DNA of 64,000 nt from a virus (IMGVR_UViG_3300012933_000323:62432-126431); one strand, 5' to 3'; shown: positions 8,672-17,822, counted from the stretch's first letter. The notes: generated by a model from the letters alone, not told the origin. Numbers and translations: made by a program.

Positions 8672-8843
8672 ATAAACTCCTCAGGCGCTAAATTTTTGAT
8701 AATTTCTTTGAACTTTTCTTCGTCAATGCCATAATATGTCTGAAGATATGTATTGAATGTTTGTTTGAAATATATTTGCATCTTACATTCAAAGTCACGC
8801 TCTTCTACTAAATGTGCGTTACTCCCGTTCATTGATAATTGAA

Positions 8844-9095
8844 TCATATTCGTCCTTTATTTACTGGTACTTTGAATTTTGATTTAATATCTTTAATACA
8901 AGTATCACAAATATCAAATGACCATGTTTCCCCATCATTTTCAGACCCATAACTGAATTCAATATCAACGGGTGTGATGTCGGTACAGTCAGGGTGCTTT
9001 GCTACTTTACCACAGCAATTACAAATGATCTTTGGGATTAATTTTTCGGGGTGTTTAGTTACGCTCTTTGTTGTTCTCATTACAGATCCGTCCAA
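8844..9095 (-). CDS. zinc-ribbon protein
   Basis: Paired Cys motifs CNCCGK...CTD and CDTC. Confidence 0.4.
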   Translation of the reverse strand: MDGSVMRTTKSVTKHPEKLIPKIICNCCGKVAKHPDCTDITPVDIEFSYGSENDGETWSFDICDTCIKDIKSKFKVPVNKGRI

Positions 9096-10005
9096 TTGCT
9101 TCAGTAACTTTTTTAACTTCAGTCATGATAGCATTAAAATCAACCTGTCCTTGAACTTTATAAGTGAAGGCATGCATATGACCGATGTTCTCGTTACCAG
9201 TCAATTCTAATCTAAGTTTGTTTAATTGTTGCGGTGTAACAGGTGCGTCTTGATTAATACGTACCTTTACGATTCCGTAAGAGTTAACACCAATCACGAA
9301 GTTTTTGCCTTGGCGCATTTCTTTAATCATGATTTGATTAAACCAATCATTCACAAAACAAACTGTTGTATTGCCAGCACGATGAATGAGGTTACGCTTT
9401 TCATAACTTTCCATTGTCTTCATATACTCAATGTGAGTCTTATTTACAATGTCTGTATAGTTTCGTGGTAGTGCGTAATTTCCACGAACAACTTCATCTT
9501 TGAACCATGCGATATCAACTTTCCAGAAGTATTCGTTCAGGTCTTGTGCAGTGTCAAAGTGAGTATTTTTATCTTGCCATAAGTCATACACATCAATTAG
9601 ATATGTCAACTTGTCAAGGTTTTGGTTCTTGCCAGTATTGCCAAGATATTCATTACACAACTTAGTAGCACATTTAGTTTTGTCCCAAACTACTTTCATT
9701 TTTGGAAACTCATCCCAAAAGCCATCAGCATATAAGTGATGGTCAATATGAGTACAGTTTGGAAACGCTTCATAGATTCTACGTAACGATTCTTTGTTAT
9801 CACTAAATGAAACATCGGGCATTACGATATGCGTATTGCCGTTTACTTTTTGGTGTTCAATGATTTGATCTGTTAAGTCAACAATGTTTGCATAATTAGT
9901 ATGGAAGTACTTCTTTTTAACTGTTGGAAACTTAAACTCCAAGTTCAACATGCAGCCTAATGCATCCAAGTCATTGTGGGTAAATACGATTAGTTCATCA
10001 CTCAT
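9055..10005 (-). CDS. DHH-family phosphoesterase
   Basis: Motif I FTHNDLDALG, motif III THIDHH and a GHMHA block are present. Confidence 0.6.
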   Translation of the reverse strand: MSDELIVFTHNDLDALGCMLNLEFKFPTVKKKYFHTNYANIVDLTDQIIEHQKVNGNTHIVMPDVSFSDNKESLRRIYEAFPNCTHIDHHLYADGFWDEFPKMKVVWDKTKCATKLCNEYLGNTGKNQNLDKLTYLIDVYDLWQDKNTHFDTAQDLNEYFWKVDIAWFKDEVVRGNYALPRNYTDIVNKTHIEYMKTMESYEKRNLIHRAGNTTVCFVNDWFNQIMIKEMRQGKNFVIGVNSYGIVKVRINQDAPVTPQQLNKLRLELTGNENIGHMHAFTYKVQGQVDFNAIMTEVKKVTEAIGRICNENNKERN

Positions 10006-10301
10006 TCTTCTACTCTTTCATAAGTCTTTTCAAAAATATCTGGTTTGCAAGCATAGAATTCGCCATGCACACCTTTAATAATCCAGTCACCTTCTGTAGC
10101 AACATGCTTGGCTTCACCACCTTCGCCATCTTCTAGTGTACCAATCCATGCCCAAGCTTTTGCACCCATGTGGCGCTCAGTGCCAAACTTCAATAGTTCG
10201 TCGCCACAAAATGCAATTAATGCTTCTAATCCTGCGACGTTATATTCAAATTTTAATGCTTCAATTACAACAGGTTTCTTTCTAAATCGTAGTACGGCCA
10301 T
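10002..10301 (-). CDS. hypothetical protein
   Basis: 99-aa ORF. Confidence 0.4.
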   Translation of the reverse strand: MAVLRFRKKPVVIEALKFEYNVAGLEALIAFCGDELLKFGTERHMGAKAWAWIGTLEDGEGGEAKHVATEGDWIIKGVHGEFYACKPDIFEKTYERVEE

Positions 10302-10302
10302 A

Positions 10303-10695
10303 TCATCCTTTCTTCTTTAATTCATATTCTGTGTACATATCCACAATGGACTTTAACTCTTCTTTCGATATCAAATCCATATATTCCTTAGCTTTCTCTT
10401 CACTAATGTTAAAGTGCAAAGCAACAAATTCTGCTTTCTTAAACTTATCAACAGTTTCACTCTTAGGATATGGGATGTACTTGATCTTGCCGCCAAATGC
10501 TCTCTTAACCATGTAGTACTGATTTTCAATAGGAATGTCAGTATACAAGTTAATGGCATTTGCAGCAATAATTGCGTGTGGAGAACCACTTAACCAACGA
10601 CAGAAAATATAAGACGGGATCTTTTGGATTTCTTCTGCTGTTGGTGTTTTCTTAGGATCTAAAGCTGATGTTAATGTTTTGAACATTAGATACAA
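10303..10695 (-). CDS. hypothetical protein
   Basis: 130-aa ORF. Confidence 0.4.
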   Translation of the reverse strand: MYLMFKTLTSALDPKKTPTAEEIQKIPSYIFCRWLSGSPHAIIAANAINLYTDIPIENQYYMVKRAFGGKIKYIPYPKSETVDKFKKAEFVALHFNISEEKAKEYMDLISKEELKSIVDMYTEYELKKKG

Positions 10696-10913
10696 TCTTC
10701 CGGGAATAGTTGTTTATATGCACCGTATAATGCGGTTACATTAATGCAGTCACGAGCGTACTTATCGGCTTTATTACCGCTTTCATTTATACACCTAAGA
10801 TAATCTTTTCCGTCAATTTGTTTAACGACGGCCTTCATCATTGTTCCGCTTGCTGGGAATGCAATGGTGTCGCCAACTTTAACTGGTATTTCAAGATAGT
10901 CCAATGCACTCAT
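10686..10913 (-). CDS. small beta-barrel (KOW/SH3-like) protein, paralog of 8438..8671
   Basis: Shares the GDxIAF...G...V motif with the first copy. Confidence 0.35.
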   Translation of the reverse strand: MSALDYLEIPVKVGDTIAFPASGTMMKAVVKQIDGKDYLRCINESGNKADKYARDCINVTALYGAYKQLFPEDCI

Positions 10914-10954
10914 AATTCGTTCCTTCAGATAATTGTAACACCAACTCTATTAAT

Positions 10955-11656
10955 TTATGTTGACTTAAATATAGTTAATACACTGACTTCTGCTGCACCG
11001 TTTGTTAAAAGTACATCTGCTATATTCTTTGCGCTTGTGCCGGTTGTCATAATGTCATCAATCACAACAACTTTCTTACCTTCAAATTTTGCTAAAAGCG
11101 CGGGGTCTGTAATCTCAAACATGTTCTTAATGAACTTGCGGTGCATTGGTGAAAACATCTTAACTGATAAGTGATTCCTACGAATCGCTCGTTCAATTGT
11201 TGTCTCCATGCTTTTGATAATTGCATCGGTAATCTTTGGGTGATTACGGTCAATCTCAACCTTTGAAATATCTGGTTGTTTCTTAAAGGCATCTACATAC
11301 ACATCAACATGTATACGATCTTTGATTCGTTTAACAAACTCTTTAGTCAAATCTGACGATGAAATTGGCGACACAATGATGTCAGCGCCCAAATCACGTA
11401 GAACACGAGCAGCATAAATTGCTGACCTTGTTAAGAATGCATCGCCTTCACCAGTTTTAAAGTTAGCAGTCTTTAGTGCAGCCATCACCTGGTTTGCTTC
11501 ATTACCCTTGGCGCTGTACAAGCTGTAAGAAATTAAATCTTCTTCAATTTCTTTTTTAAATGGCTTTAGGTTTTTACCTTTGCCGAATGTTGTTAGGAAG
11601 TCAGATGCAATGTTCTGATCATGTATAAAATCTTTAAAACTCATTATTAAGCCCAA
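10955..11656 (-). CDS. phosphoribosyltransferase-domain protein (ComFC-like, type I PRTase)
   Basis: A C-terminal PRPP-binding loop KKVVVIDDIMTTGTS is present. Confidence 0.5.
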   Translation of the reverse strand: MGLIMSFKDFIHDQNIASDFLTTFGKGKNLKPFKKEIEEDLISYSLYSAKGNEANQVMAALKTANFKTGEGDAFLTRSAIYAARVLRDLGADIIVSPISSSDLTKEFVKRIKDRIHVDVYVDAFKKQPDISKVEIDRNHPKITDAIIKSMETTIERAIRRNHLSVKMFSPMHRKFIKNMFEITDPALLAKFEGKKVVVIDDIMTTGTSAKNIADVLLTNGAAEVSVLTIFKST

Positions 11657-12014
11657 GCTGTGGTTGAATGTAATTTATCACATAGGTTGGTAAACCAGCC
11701 TTACGAGATATGTTTATCATGTGTTTACTCCCACGAGATATGCCGTCCCAAAAGATTAATGTATCGGTGCCGTACTTGGCCATCTGTTCATTACGAATAA
11801 AGCCAGCACGCTTACCATACAATTTCCAATCAGCTGGAAACTCTTTAACAGGAATGTTATGCTCTTCAGCAAAACGCTTACCTAGCAAATCTGCCCCTCT
11901 TGCCATCCCACACACGACCTCTTCAATACTATTTATCAAGTTGCTATCTTTCAGCACTTTGACCAAATAGTCGTAATCGGTGAATTCTCTAGAGCCAGCA
12001 ATAATAAGTTTCAT
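11634..12014 (-). CDS. DprA/SLOG-like Rossmann-fold protein (DUF2493-like)
   Basis: IIAGSRE, VVCGMARGADLLG and GFIRNEQM follow the DprA/SLOG pattern (GxARGxD...RN). Confidence 0.5.
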   Translation of the reverse strand: MKLIIAGSREFTDYDYLVKVLKDSNLINSIEEVVCGMARGADLLGKRFAEEHNIPVKEFPADWKLYGKRAGFIRNEQMAKYGTDTLIFWDGISRGSKHMINISRKAGLPTYVINYIQPQLGLNNEF

Positions 12015-12035
12015 AAAGAAATTATAACACAGATT

Positions 12036-13160
12036 TTACCAATCATCCAGTTCAGCCGTTTCTTTCCTTAGATCATAATTTAGCGGAGCAACCATTAAAT
12101 CTAAAGGTTTCAAAAATCCTTTTTCAAATTGAGTATCGTAATCAACGCAATTTGCTTTAAGAATTTCCTTTACGAAACCATCGTTGGTATAACCAATGAT
12201 CTCAGTATTGAACACGTTTGGTGTCTGAAGGAAGATTCGTTTACATTTATCTCCAGCCTGGACTGGTGCGTACACGTCTTCTAGATTGTTTTGCTTAATG
12301 TAATGATTATGCATGATGGCAGCACGGGAACCAAACGGCGTACCTTTTTCACCAATCTTATAATCAATGCGAGACACGCCACCTACGCCAGCAATCTGAT
12401 TTAGGTTTACTTTTGTGAACTCATTCTTGATTGATTTAATCCAATCACGTAAATCATTTTCATTCTTGTCAAGAATATGTGGAATTGCTTCTTTTAGATA
12501 TTTCTTAGACCAAGGTGGTGTACTTGACTTAATGATTTCTAAGCCCATGACTTTAATCTTTGGCGCATCATCAGGGTAACGTGTACCTTCTGAATCACGA
12601 ACACGTGCATAGTATTTTTTCTTTGCAGTAAATACAGCCGTGTCAGCAATAATTTCTCGTTCAGCGCCGATCTTATCTTTGTTGTACGCATTCAGTTGAG
12701 CAGCAAACTCTTCAATAGTTTTTTCAATAACTGGTTGAATTACTTTCTTTTCAAACTTGTCTGCGAATTCAACATAGTCATTAATTGGCAAGCCAGGATT
12801 TTGCTGAATGTATTTTTCAATAAACGGTTCAAGATGGTAGTACACAGAGTCGGTATCACCATAAATGATGTACGGTTTTTCTTGTGCCAACAATTTCTGT
12901 AAAGCGTCTTCAATGTTGATAGCCAACTTCTGAATGAAGTATCGACCATTACCAGTAATCGCTGCGGCCATCAACTCATTGAACAGAGGGAACCACTTAT
13001 TAGCCATAGCGCCATAAAGCGAGTTAATCATTGTCTTTTCAACAAGTTGGCGGGTGTTATAAAGTGATTCGCCTTCTTCAGCCTGTGAAAGAAGAATGTT
13101 CAATTCCTCTACAGGCAAAGCGCGTAGTTCATCTTCTGTATATGTAAGTACGTTTTTCAT
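12036..13160 (-). CDS. 43: family-B DNA polymerase, C-terminal fragment (palm motifs B and C, thumb) = gp43B-like
   Basis: Motif B KTMINSLYGAMAN (Kx3NSxYG) and motif C YIIYGDTDSVY. Confidence 0.85.
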   Translation of the reverse strand: MKNVLTYTEDELRALPVEELNILLSQAEEGESLYNTRQLVEKTMINSLYGAMANKWFPLFNELMAAAITGNGRYFIQKLAINIEDALQKLLAQEKPYIIYGDTDSVYYHLEPFIEKYIQQNPGLPINDYVEFADKFEKKVIQPVIEKTIEEFAAQLNAYNKDKIGAEREIIADTAVFTAKKKYYARVRDSEGTRYPDDAPKIKVMGLEIIKSSTPPWSKKYLKEAIPHILDKNENDLRDWIKSIKNEFTKVNLNQIAGVGGVSRIDYKIGEKGTPFGSRAAIMHNHYIKQNNLEDVYAPVQAGDKCKRIFLQTPNVFNTEIIGYTNDGFVKEILKANCVDYDTQFEKGFLKPLDLMVAPLNYDLRKETAELDDW

Positions 13161-13166
13161 GATGTA

Positions 13167-13391
13167 TTATACACCGCTTCTTTTTAAAACACCAAGCACA
13201 ATTTTTGTCACGTCTGCTTCATACTTTTGTTTGGAACACGGCCGACAAAATTTTGATAATTCAGTTGGTTGTTCTTTATCCCAAAATGATGAAAGGCGTT
13301 TCTCACGTTTACAGCATGGGCAAACTTTTGTATTTTCCGTGATGTAACGATGACGCTCCATCGGCCCCATATTTTTGATACTTTTAGCCAT
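13167..13391 (-). CDS. small zinc-ribbon ORF lying in the gap of the split polymerase gene
   Basis: CPCCKREK...CRPCSK motif; the ORF overlaps the stop of the N-terminal polymerase fragment by 8 nt. Confidence 0.35.
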   Translation of the reverse strand: MAKSIKNMGPMERHRYITENTKVCPCCKREKRLSSFWDKEQPTELSKFCRPCSKQKYEADVTKIVLGVLKRSGV

Positions 13392-14985
13392 GTCTTTCCT
13401 TTAGAATTTCTTTGATAAGAATCTTACGTTGTTCAAATTGGAACATCGTCTTTTTTGCGGATTTACGTGAGTCGTAAATTTCTTGAACCATCTCTGGTAC
13501 CATGCCAAGCTTTTCTTTACTAAACACTGCACCGTTGATACCAAGTGTTAGATTATACAACTTAAGTAGATCTGTTGTTGTATCCCAAACTTCGTCAGAT
13601 AGATGTAAACGATTTTCTTCGTTTTGATCATTAAAGTAAGTAAGAACGATATCACGAAGATCTGGTGGTAGCTTACTCTTTGGGATAAACGTTTCAGGAC
13701 TCATGTTGAAACCAACCATACCAAGTAACGGGTACATGGAGTTTACGTCAGCTGATACCACCCATCTATGTTTGCCTGTGTTTGGATCACGAACATAACC
13801 ACCAACGACATGCGGATCAGGAAACTCCTGGCGCATTGGCATAACTTGCATGTTCTTAATAGAACGGTTAGAGATGTACTGTGACCAAGGTTTCACGGTA
13901 CCCATTGAATCGCCGATCTGTACACCCATCTTCTCGGCAATCATACTCATCAATACTGTGAAGTTCTGAGCTTCATCAATACGCTTAATTAGATATGTAT
14001 CGGTTGCGCCGTAGTACACGAATTCCGAATGGGCAAGTTCTTTTACTTCATCCCAGTCACCAGCAATAGCTGCTTTATAGATCAAAGAATTTTTCTGTTC
14101 TTCTGTAGGTTCTTCAGGGATAATGTACTTACCTGTATAGAAGTCGTCAAAGCCAGCGTACTCAGAGTGTTGAACTTTGTTTTCGTTAAGCTCAAACTCT
14201 GCGACGGTGTCCAATGAATATGATGGCATTGGGTGGAATGTGAACTTCTTGTACACATCCATTAAGTCAATCCAAAAGTGACCATCTGCGTTGAACTTAA
14301 ACTCCATCTTGCCTTGGAATTCACCTTCGCTGTATGATACTTTACCGTAGTTTGATAAGCGTGTAGTATCCATGCCTAGGTTCTTTAGGCGGTTATGAAT
14401 GTATGGGAAGTCAAATCCTGAACCGTTCCATGCATACACGATCAATGGATCTAGTTTCTTATAGATGTTTAGGAATGTTTCTAATAGGTGGATTTCATCT
14501 GTACACTTTACATACTTAACTTGATATTTAAATACATAAAGGCTTTGATGTTTCCATTCGCGAAGGCCAAGAATGAACATTGTCTTGACTTCTGAATCAT
14601 AGAACTGCATCAATGAGATGGGTTCTAATGCTTTTTCTGGGACTGGGAAACCAGTACTACATGTACCTACACGTGTTTCAATGTCGAGATACCAGATGCG
14701 TGGAGATGCGTTATAACCACGCTCTTTGCCCCAATAGTTATCGCGGATATTGCGATACATTGGATCCAAGAAACCGTAGTGTTCACGGCCTTGTTTGGCG
14801 TTGCCTTGCTTCTTTTCTAACTTAATTGTTTCATCAAGAATATATGTATAGATACCACGAGATGATGGCTCATACCATTCATACGGTAGATCAATCTGCT
14901 TCTTAACCGAACGATTTAATTGATCATCATACGCTCGTTCATAGAAATTGTAACCATCACGCCAAGTAGCTTCAAATAATTTCAT
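13384..14985 (-). CDS. 43: family-B DNA polymerase, N-terminal fragment (3'-5' exonuclease + motif A) = gp43A-like
   Basis: Exo I WYLDIETR, further exonuclease motifs, and motif A ADVNSMYPLL (DxxSLYPS). Confidence 0.85.
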   Translation of the reverse strand: MKLFEATWRDGYNFYERAYDDQLNRSVKKQIDLPYEWYEPSSRGIYTYILDETIKLEKKQGNAKQGREHYGFLDPMYRNIRDNYWGKERGYNASPRIWYLDIETRVGTCSTGFPVPEKALEPISLMQFYDSEVKTMFILGLREWKHQSLYVFKYQVKYVKCTDEIHLLETFLNIYKKLDPLIVYAWNGSGFDFPYIHNRLKNLGMDTTRLSNYGKVSYSEGEFQGKMEFKFNADGHFWIDLMDVYKKFTFHPMPSYSLDTVAEFELNENKVQHSEYAGFDDFYTGKYIIPEEPTEEQKNSLIYKAAIAGDWDEVKELAHSEFVYYGATDTYLIKRIDEAQNFTVLMSMIAEKMGVQIGDSMGTVKPWSQYISNRSIKNMQVMPMRQEFPDPHVVGGYVRDPNTGKHRWVVSADVNSMYPLLGMVGFNMSPETFIPKSKLPPDLRDIVLTYFNDQNEENRLHLSDEVWDTTTDLLKLYNLTLGINGAVFSKEKLGMVPEMVQEIYDSRKSAKKTMFQFEQRKILIKEILKERHG

Positions 14986-15020
14986 ACATATCCTTCAACA
15001 ATCAATTATTATATCACCCG

Positions 15021-15236
15021 TTAAATTAACAACTCTGGGTGAGATTTCTTCAGTTCATTGATCAATTCTTCATTTCGTCTAAGTCGTTGGTATTCACTAA
15101 TGAACTCCTGTGATTCTTTTTCTGATGCCTTCTCCCAACGGATATCCCAGTCTCCCGGGTATCCTGTTGGGTAGCGATTCTTCTTCATTAAAACCATTCC
15201 TAGGAATGTCTTTTTAAAGTAGAAGTTCATACGCAT
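15021..15236 (-). CDS. hypothetical small protein (occupies the regA-position upstream of the polymerase)
   Basis: 71-aa ORF; the functional assignment rests on position only. Confidence 0.3.
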   Translation of the reverse strand: MRMNFYFKKTFLGMVLMKKNRYPTGYPGDWDIRWEKASEKESQEFISEYQRLRRNEELINELKKSHPELLI

Positions 15237-16417
15237 TATACACCGATTGTCTTAGCACGGCCAGCTTTTAGAACTTTACTAATACCGTCTTCTTTCAAGT
15301 ACGGCATTGTAGCTGTTGTGATGCGTGTGTTCAATCGTTTTGAAATTTCAGAACCAAGTTCAGCTGGAAGAACTTCATGAGCTGTAAAAAGAGCGTTGAA
15401 GTCTTCTTCATTTAGTTCATTATCTTTCCAGATATCTAATGCTTCTTTCTTATCAAGATGTCGTAGTTCAAGAATATCAAATAAGCGACCTTTGCGAAGT
15501 AACGCACTATCAATGTCATCGTATTTCTGGTTAGTAGTAATGATGAATTTTGTTTTGTGCTTCTCAACGCCATCCGTAAAGCTTAAGAACTGATTTAAGA
15601 AATCATTTTTCTTTTGATCTTCAGAAGAAGTTACTTCAGAATCACGTTTAGTCAACATGTAATCCAAGTCATCGATGATACAGAAATCAGCATCATGCTT
15701 TTCGAGTTCACGCCAGAATTTATCATTAACCAACACGTCTGTACTCTTAACATACACTACGGTAATGAATTGATTATCTAATGCAGGATTCTCTTTAAGT
15801 TTATCGTAAGGCAATTTATCAGGATTCTTAAATGCGTGCTTTAGCGCAAGCGTACTCATCTTTGATTTACCAAGGCCAGGTTCGCCAACCAACAAGAGGA
15901 TATTCTCTGAACCAGTGAAGAACTGATCAAACATAATCTGTGTATTGATGTATGGGTAGTACTTATCAGAGATATAGTTCAATTCTTCGAACTTGATTTG
16001 CTTTGTGTTATCATCAAGAATGTTGTTATTGATAAAGTACGAATGCATGAACAAATCAATTGACTCATCGGCATCTTCATATTTGATAACTGCTTGCCAA
16101 ACGGCATTACAAATTTCTTCTGATTGGCAGCACAGGGTGCCGTAAACATCAACAGAATTACCACGAACGTACATACGAATCTTGTCGCCAAGAAGCTTTT
16201 TGTACATACTGTTCTTGTTTCGGCTGTAATCGTATTCCTTAATGGAAGGATCAATTACCATCAAGTCTTTAACAAATAATTTGAATTCGTGAGACTTTTG
16301 AGCAAAATCTTCAATTGGAAATAGAAAGCCTTCCTCAATATCACGCTGATATTGAACTGCTTCGTCAATTGTAATCTCGTCTGTTTGGTGGGTAATCGTT
16401 AGTTGAGGTTTAATCAT
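15236..16417 (-). CDS. AAA-family ATPase (classic AAA clade) with an unknown 170-aa N-terminal domain
   Basis: Walker A LLVGEPGLGKS, Walker B CIIDDLD, and second region of homology FIITTN...ALLRKGRLFD. Confidence 0.65.
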   Translation of the reverse strand: MIKPQLTITHQTDEITIDEAVQYQRDIEEGFLFPIEDFAQKSHEFKLFVKDLMVIDPSIKEYDYSRNKNSMYKKLLGDKIRMYVRGNSVDVYGTLCCQSEEICNAVWQAVIKYEDADESIDLFMHSYFINNNILDDNTKQIKFEELNYISDKYYPYINTQIMFDQFFTGSENILLLVGEPGLGKSKMSTLALKHAFKNPDKLPYDKLKENPALDNQFITVVYVKSTDVLVNDKFWRELEKHDADFCIIDDLDYMLTKRDSEVTSSEDQKKNDFLNQFLSFTDGVEKHKTKFIITTNQKYDDIDSALLRKGRLFDILELRHLDKKEALDIWKDNELNEEDFNALFTAHEVLPAELGSEISKRLNTRITTATMPYLKEDGISKVLKAGRAKTIGV

Positions 16418-16657
16418 TTAGTTTCCTTTTTTCTTTGGCGGTTGAGCCTTTGGTTTTTGTTGTTCTTCTTTATAGGATTCAACGCCAACTTTCACCAACA
16501 GTCCTAAGAGTGTTGCTAGTGAGATTGGCCAAAACAAACTTTGTACTACATCATCCATTGTTGTTTGCTTGCCAAAATAACCAGCAAGCACAGCATTAAC
16601 GATTAGAACGCAAAATGCGACAATAAAATAGAATGTAACCATTGATAAAATTTCCAT
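16418..16657 (-). CDS. small membrane protein
   Basis: 79-aa ORF with two hydrophobic helices and a basic tail. Confidence 0.4.
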   Translation of the reverse strand: MEILSMVTFYFIVAFCVLIVNAVLAGYFGKQTTMDDVVQSLFWPISLATLLGLLVKVGVESYKEEQQKPKAQPPKKKGN

Positions 16658-16668
16658 TTATACTCCTT

Positions 16669-16884
16669 TTAATTTATGCACACGGCATTGACTTTAACTT
16701 TTGGGTAATTGTTGACGAATTTTACAAGTTCATCTGTATCACCATCGGTAAATTTGCATGCAGAAGGTTCATATCGACACTTCTCATAACTATTCCCTTC
16801 ACTATCGGATGCGTAGATAACATCGACATCGCCATGTTTTGCCAACAGCACTTCAAGTTTAGCAATGTACTCTTTCAGTTTCAT
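16669..16884 (-). CDS. small hypothetical protein (sits in the position of the clamp-loader small subunit)
   Basis: 71-aa ORF overlapping the gp44-like stop; no recognisable motif. Confidence 0.3.
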   Translation of the reverse strand: MKLKEYIAKLEVLLAKHGDVDVIYASDSEGNSYEKCRYEPSACKFTDGDTDELVKFVNNYPKVKVNAVCIN

Positions 16885-17813
16885 GATTTCACCTTCATAA
16901 GTTCAGTAAGGCATGCTGCCAAGTTTAAGTTTTTGTCACGAACAGAATCAGACATATGCTGATACTTAGCAATCGTAATCACAACCGTTGGATAATGCTG
17001 TGGTTGGAAATACTTTGCTGCATTGTTGTACAAGAACGTGTACATGTTATCTGGGCCGTTGAGTTTGTTGACCTCGGTGATCATTTCAGTGTATGAATTA
17101 GGATTTACCCATTGCATAACTTTATCGAAAACGTTTACGTCGTCAAGTTCGCTTTCGGAGACTTTAAATTCTCCATCTTTGGAGTACTTTTGCAAAGCGC
17201 CGACCATTGACCGTATGCGAGGATAGTAAGTATTAATAATAGGAACAAGCGCTTTCGGGTCATACTGAACTTTCTCATTTTCTAAAATAAACTTCAACCG
17301 ACCAAAGATCGGCTTGATCATTTCTTCTTTGCTGAATGTGTTAAAGTCATACACTTCAAGGCGATCCAACAACGGTTGAATAATCTTTTCTTTGTAGTTA
17401 CCTGTGAAGATGAATCGGCAATTTGCAGAGAATTCATCAATGAATCCACGGAATGCAGCTTGGCCATCTTTAGAGAAGTGATCAAACTCATCCATAACAA
17501 CAATCTTAATGTTGTCATCAAAGCTTGATTGAGACGCAAACTTACCGACCTTACCACGAAGAACGTCGATACCTTTTTCCATGGATGCGTTAATCCATAG
17601 TGCTTCGCCACCAATTTCTTTAATGATAGCGTGAGCCGTAGATGACTTACCAGTTCCAGGATTAGAACTGAAAAGACCAATGTTAGGGATTTCCTGCGTG
17701 CTTACGTACTTCTGTAGTTTAGATTTGATTTCTTGTGGAATAACAAGATCATCAATACAGCTTGGCTTATAACGCTCGTACCAAACTGATTTTGTGCTGT
17801 CAATAATTTTCAT
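16881..17813 (-). CDS. 44: sliding-clamp loader large subunit (T4 gp44-like, RFC family)
   Basis: YKPSCIDD, P-loop SNPGTGKSSTAHA (T4 SPSPGTGKTT), Walker B VVMDEFDHF and an ANC block are present. Confidence 0.8.
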   Translation of the reverse strand: MKIIDSTKSVWYERYKPSCIDDLVIPQEIKSKLQKYVSTQEIPNIGLFSSNPGTGKSSTAHAIIKEIGGEALWINASMEKGIDVLRGKVGKFASQSSFDDNIKIVVMDEFDHFSKDGQAAFRGFIDEFSANCRFIFTGNYKEKIIQPLLDRLEVYDFNTFSKEEMIKPIFGRLKFILENEKVQYDPKALVPIINTYYPRIRSMVGALQKYSKDGEFKVSESELDDVNVFDKVMQWVNPNSYTEMITEVNKLNGPDNMYTFLYNNAAKYFQPQHYPTVVITIAKYQHMSDSVRDKNLNLAACLTELMKVKS

Positions 17814-17822
17814 TTCTTTCCT

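Noticed and set aside
13161-13383. Group I intron or intein interrupting the DNA polymerase gene
   Set aside because: The gap is only about 220 nt and contains an ORF with its own start overlapping the upstream stop. I could not trace P1-P9 pairings by eye, and the break falls between motifs A and B with both halves having proper stop and start codons. Genuinely split genes are the simpler reading. RT-PCR would settle it.
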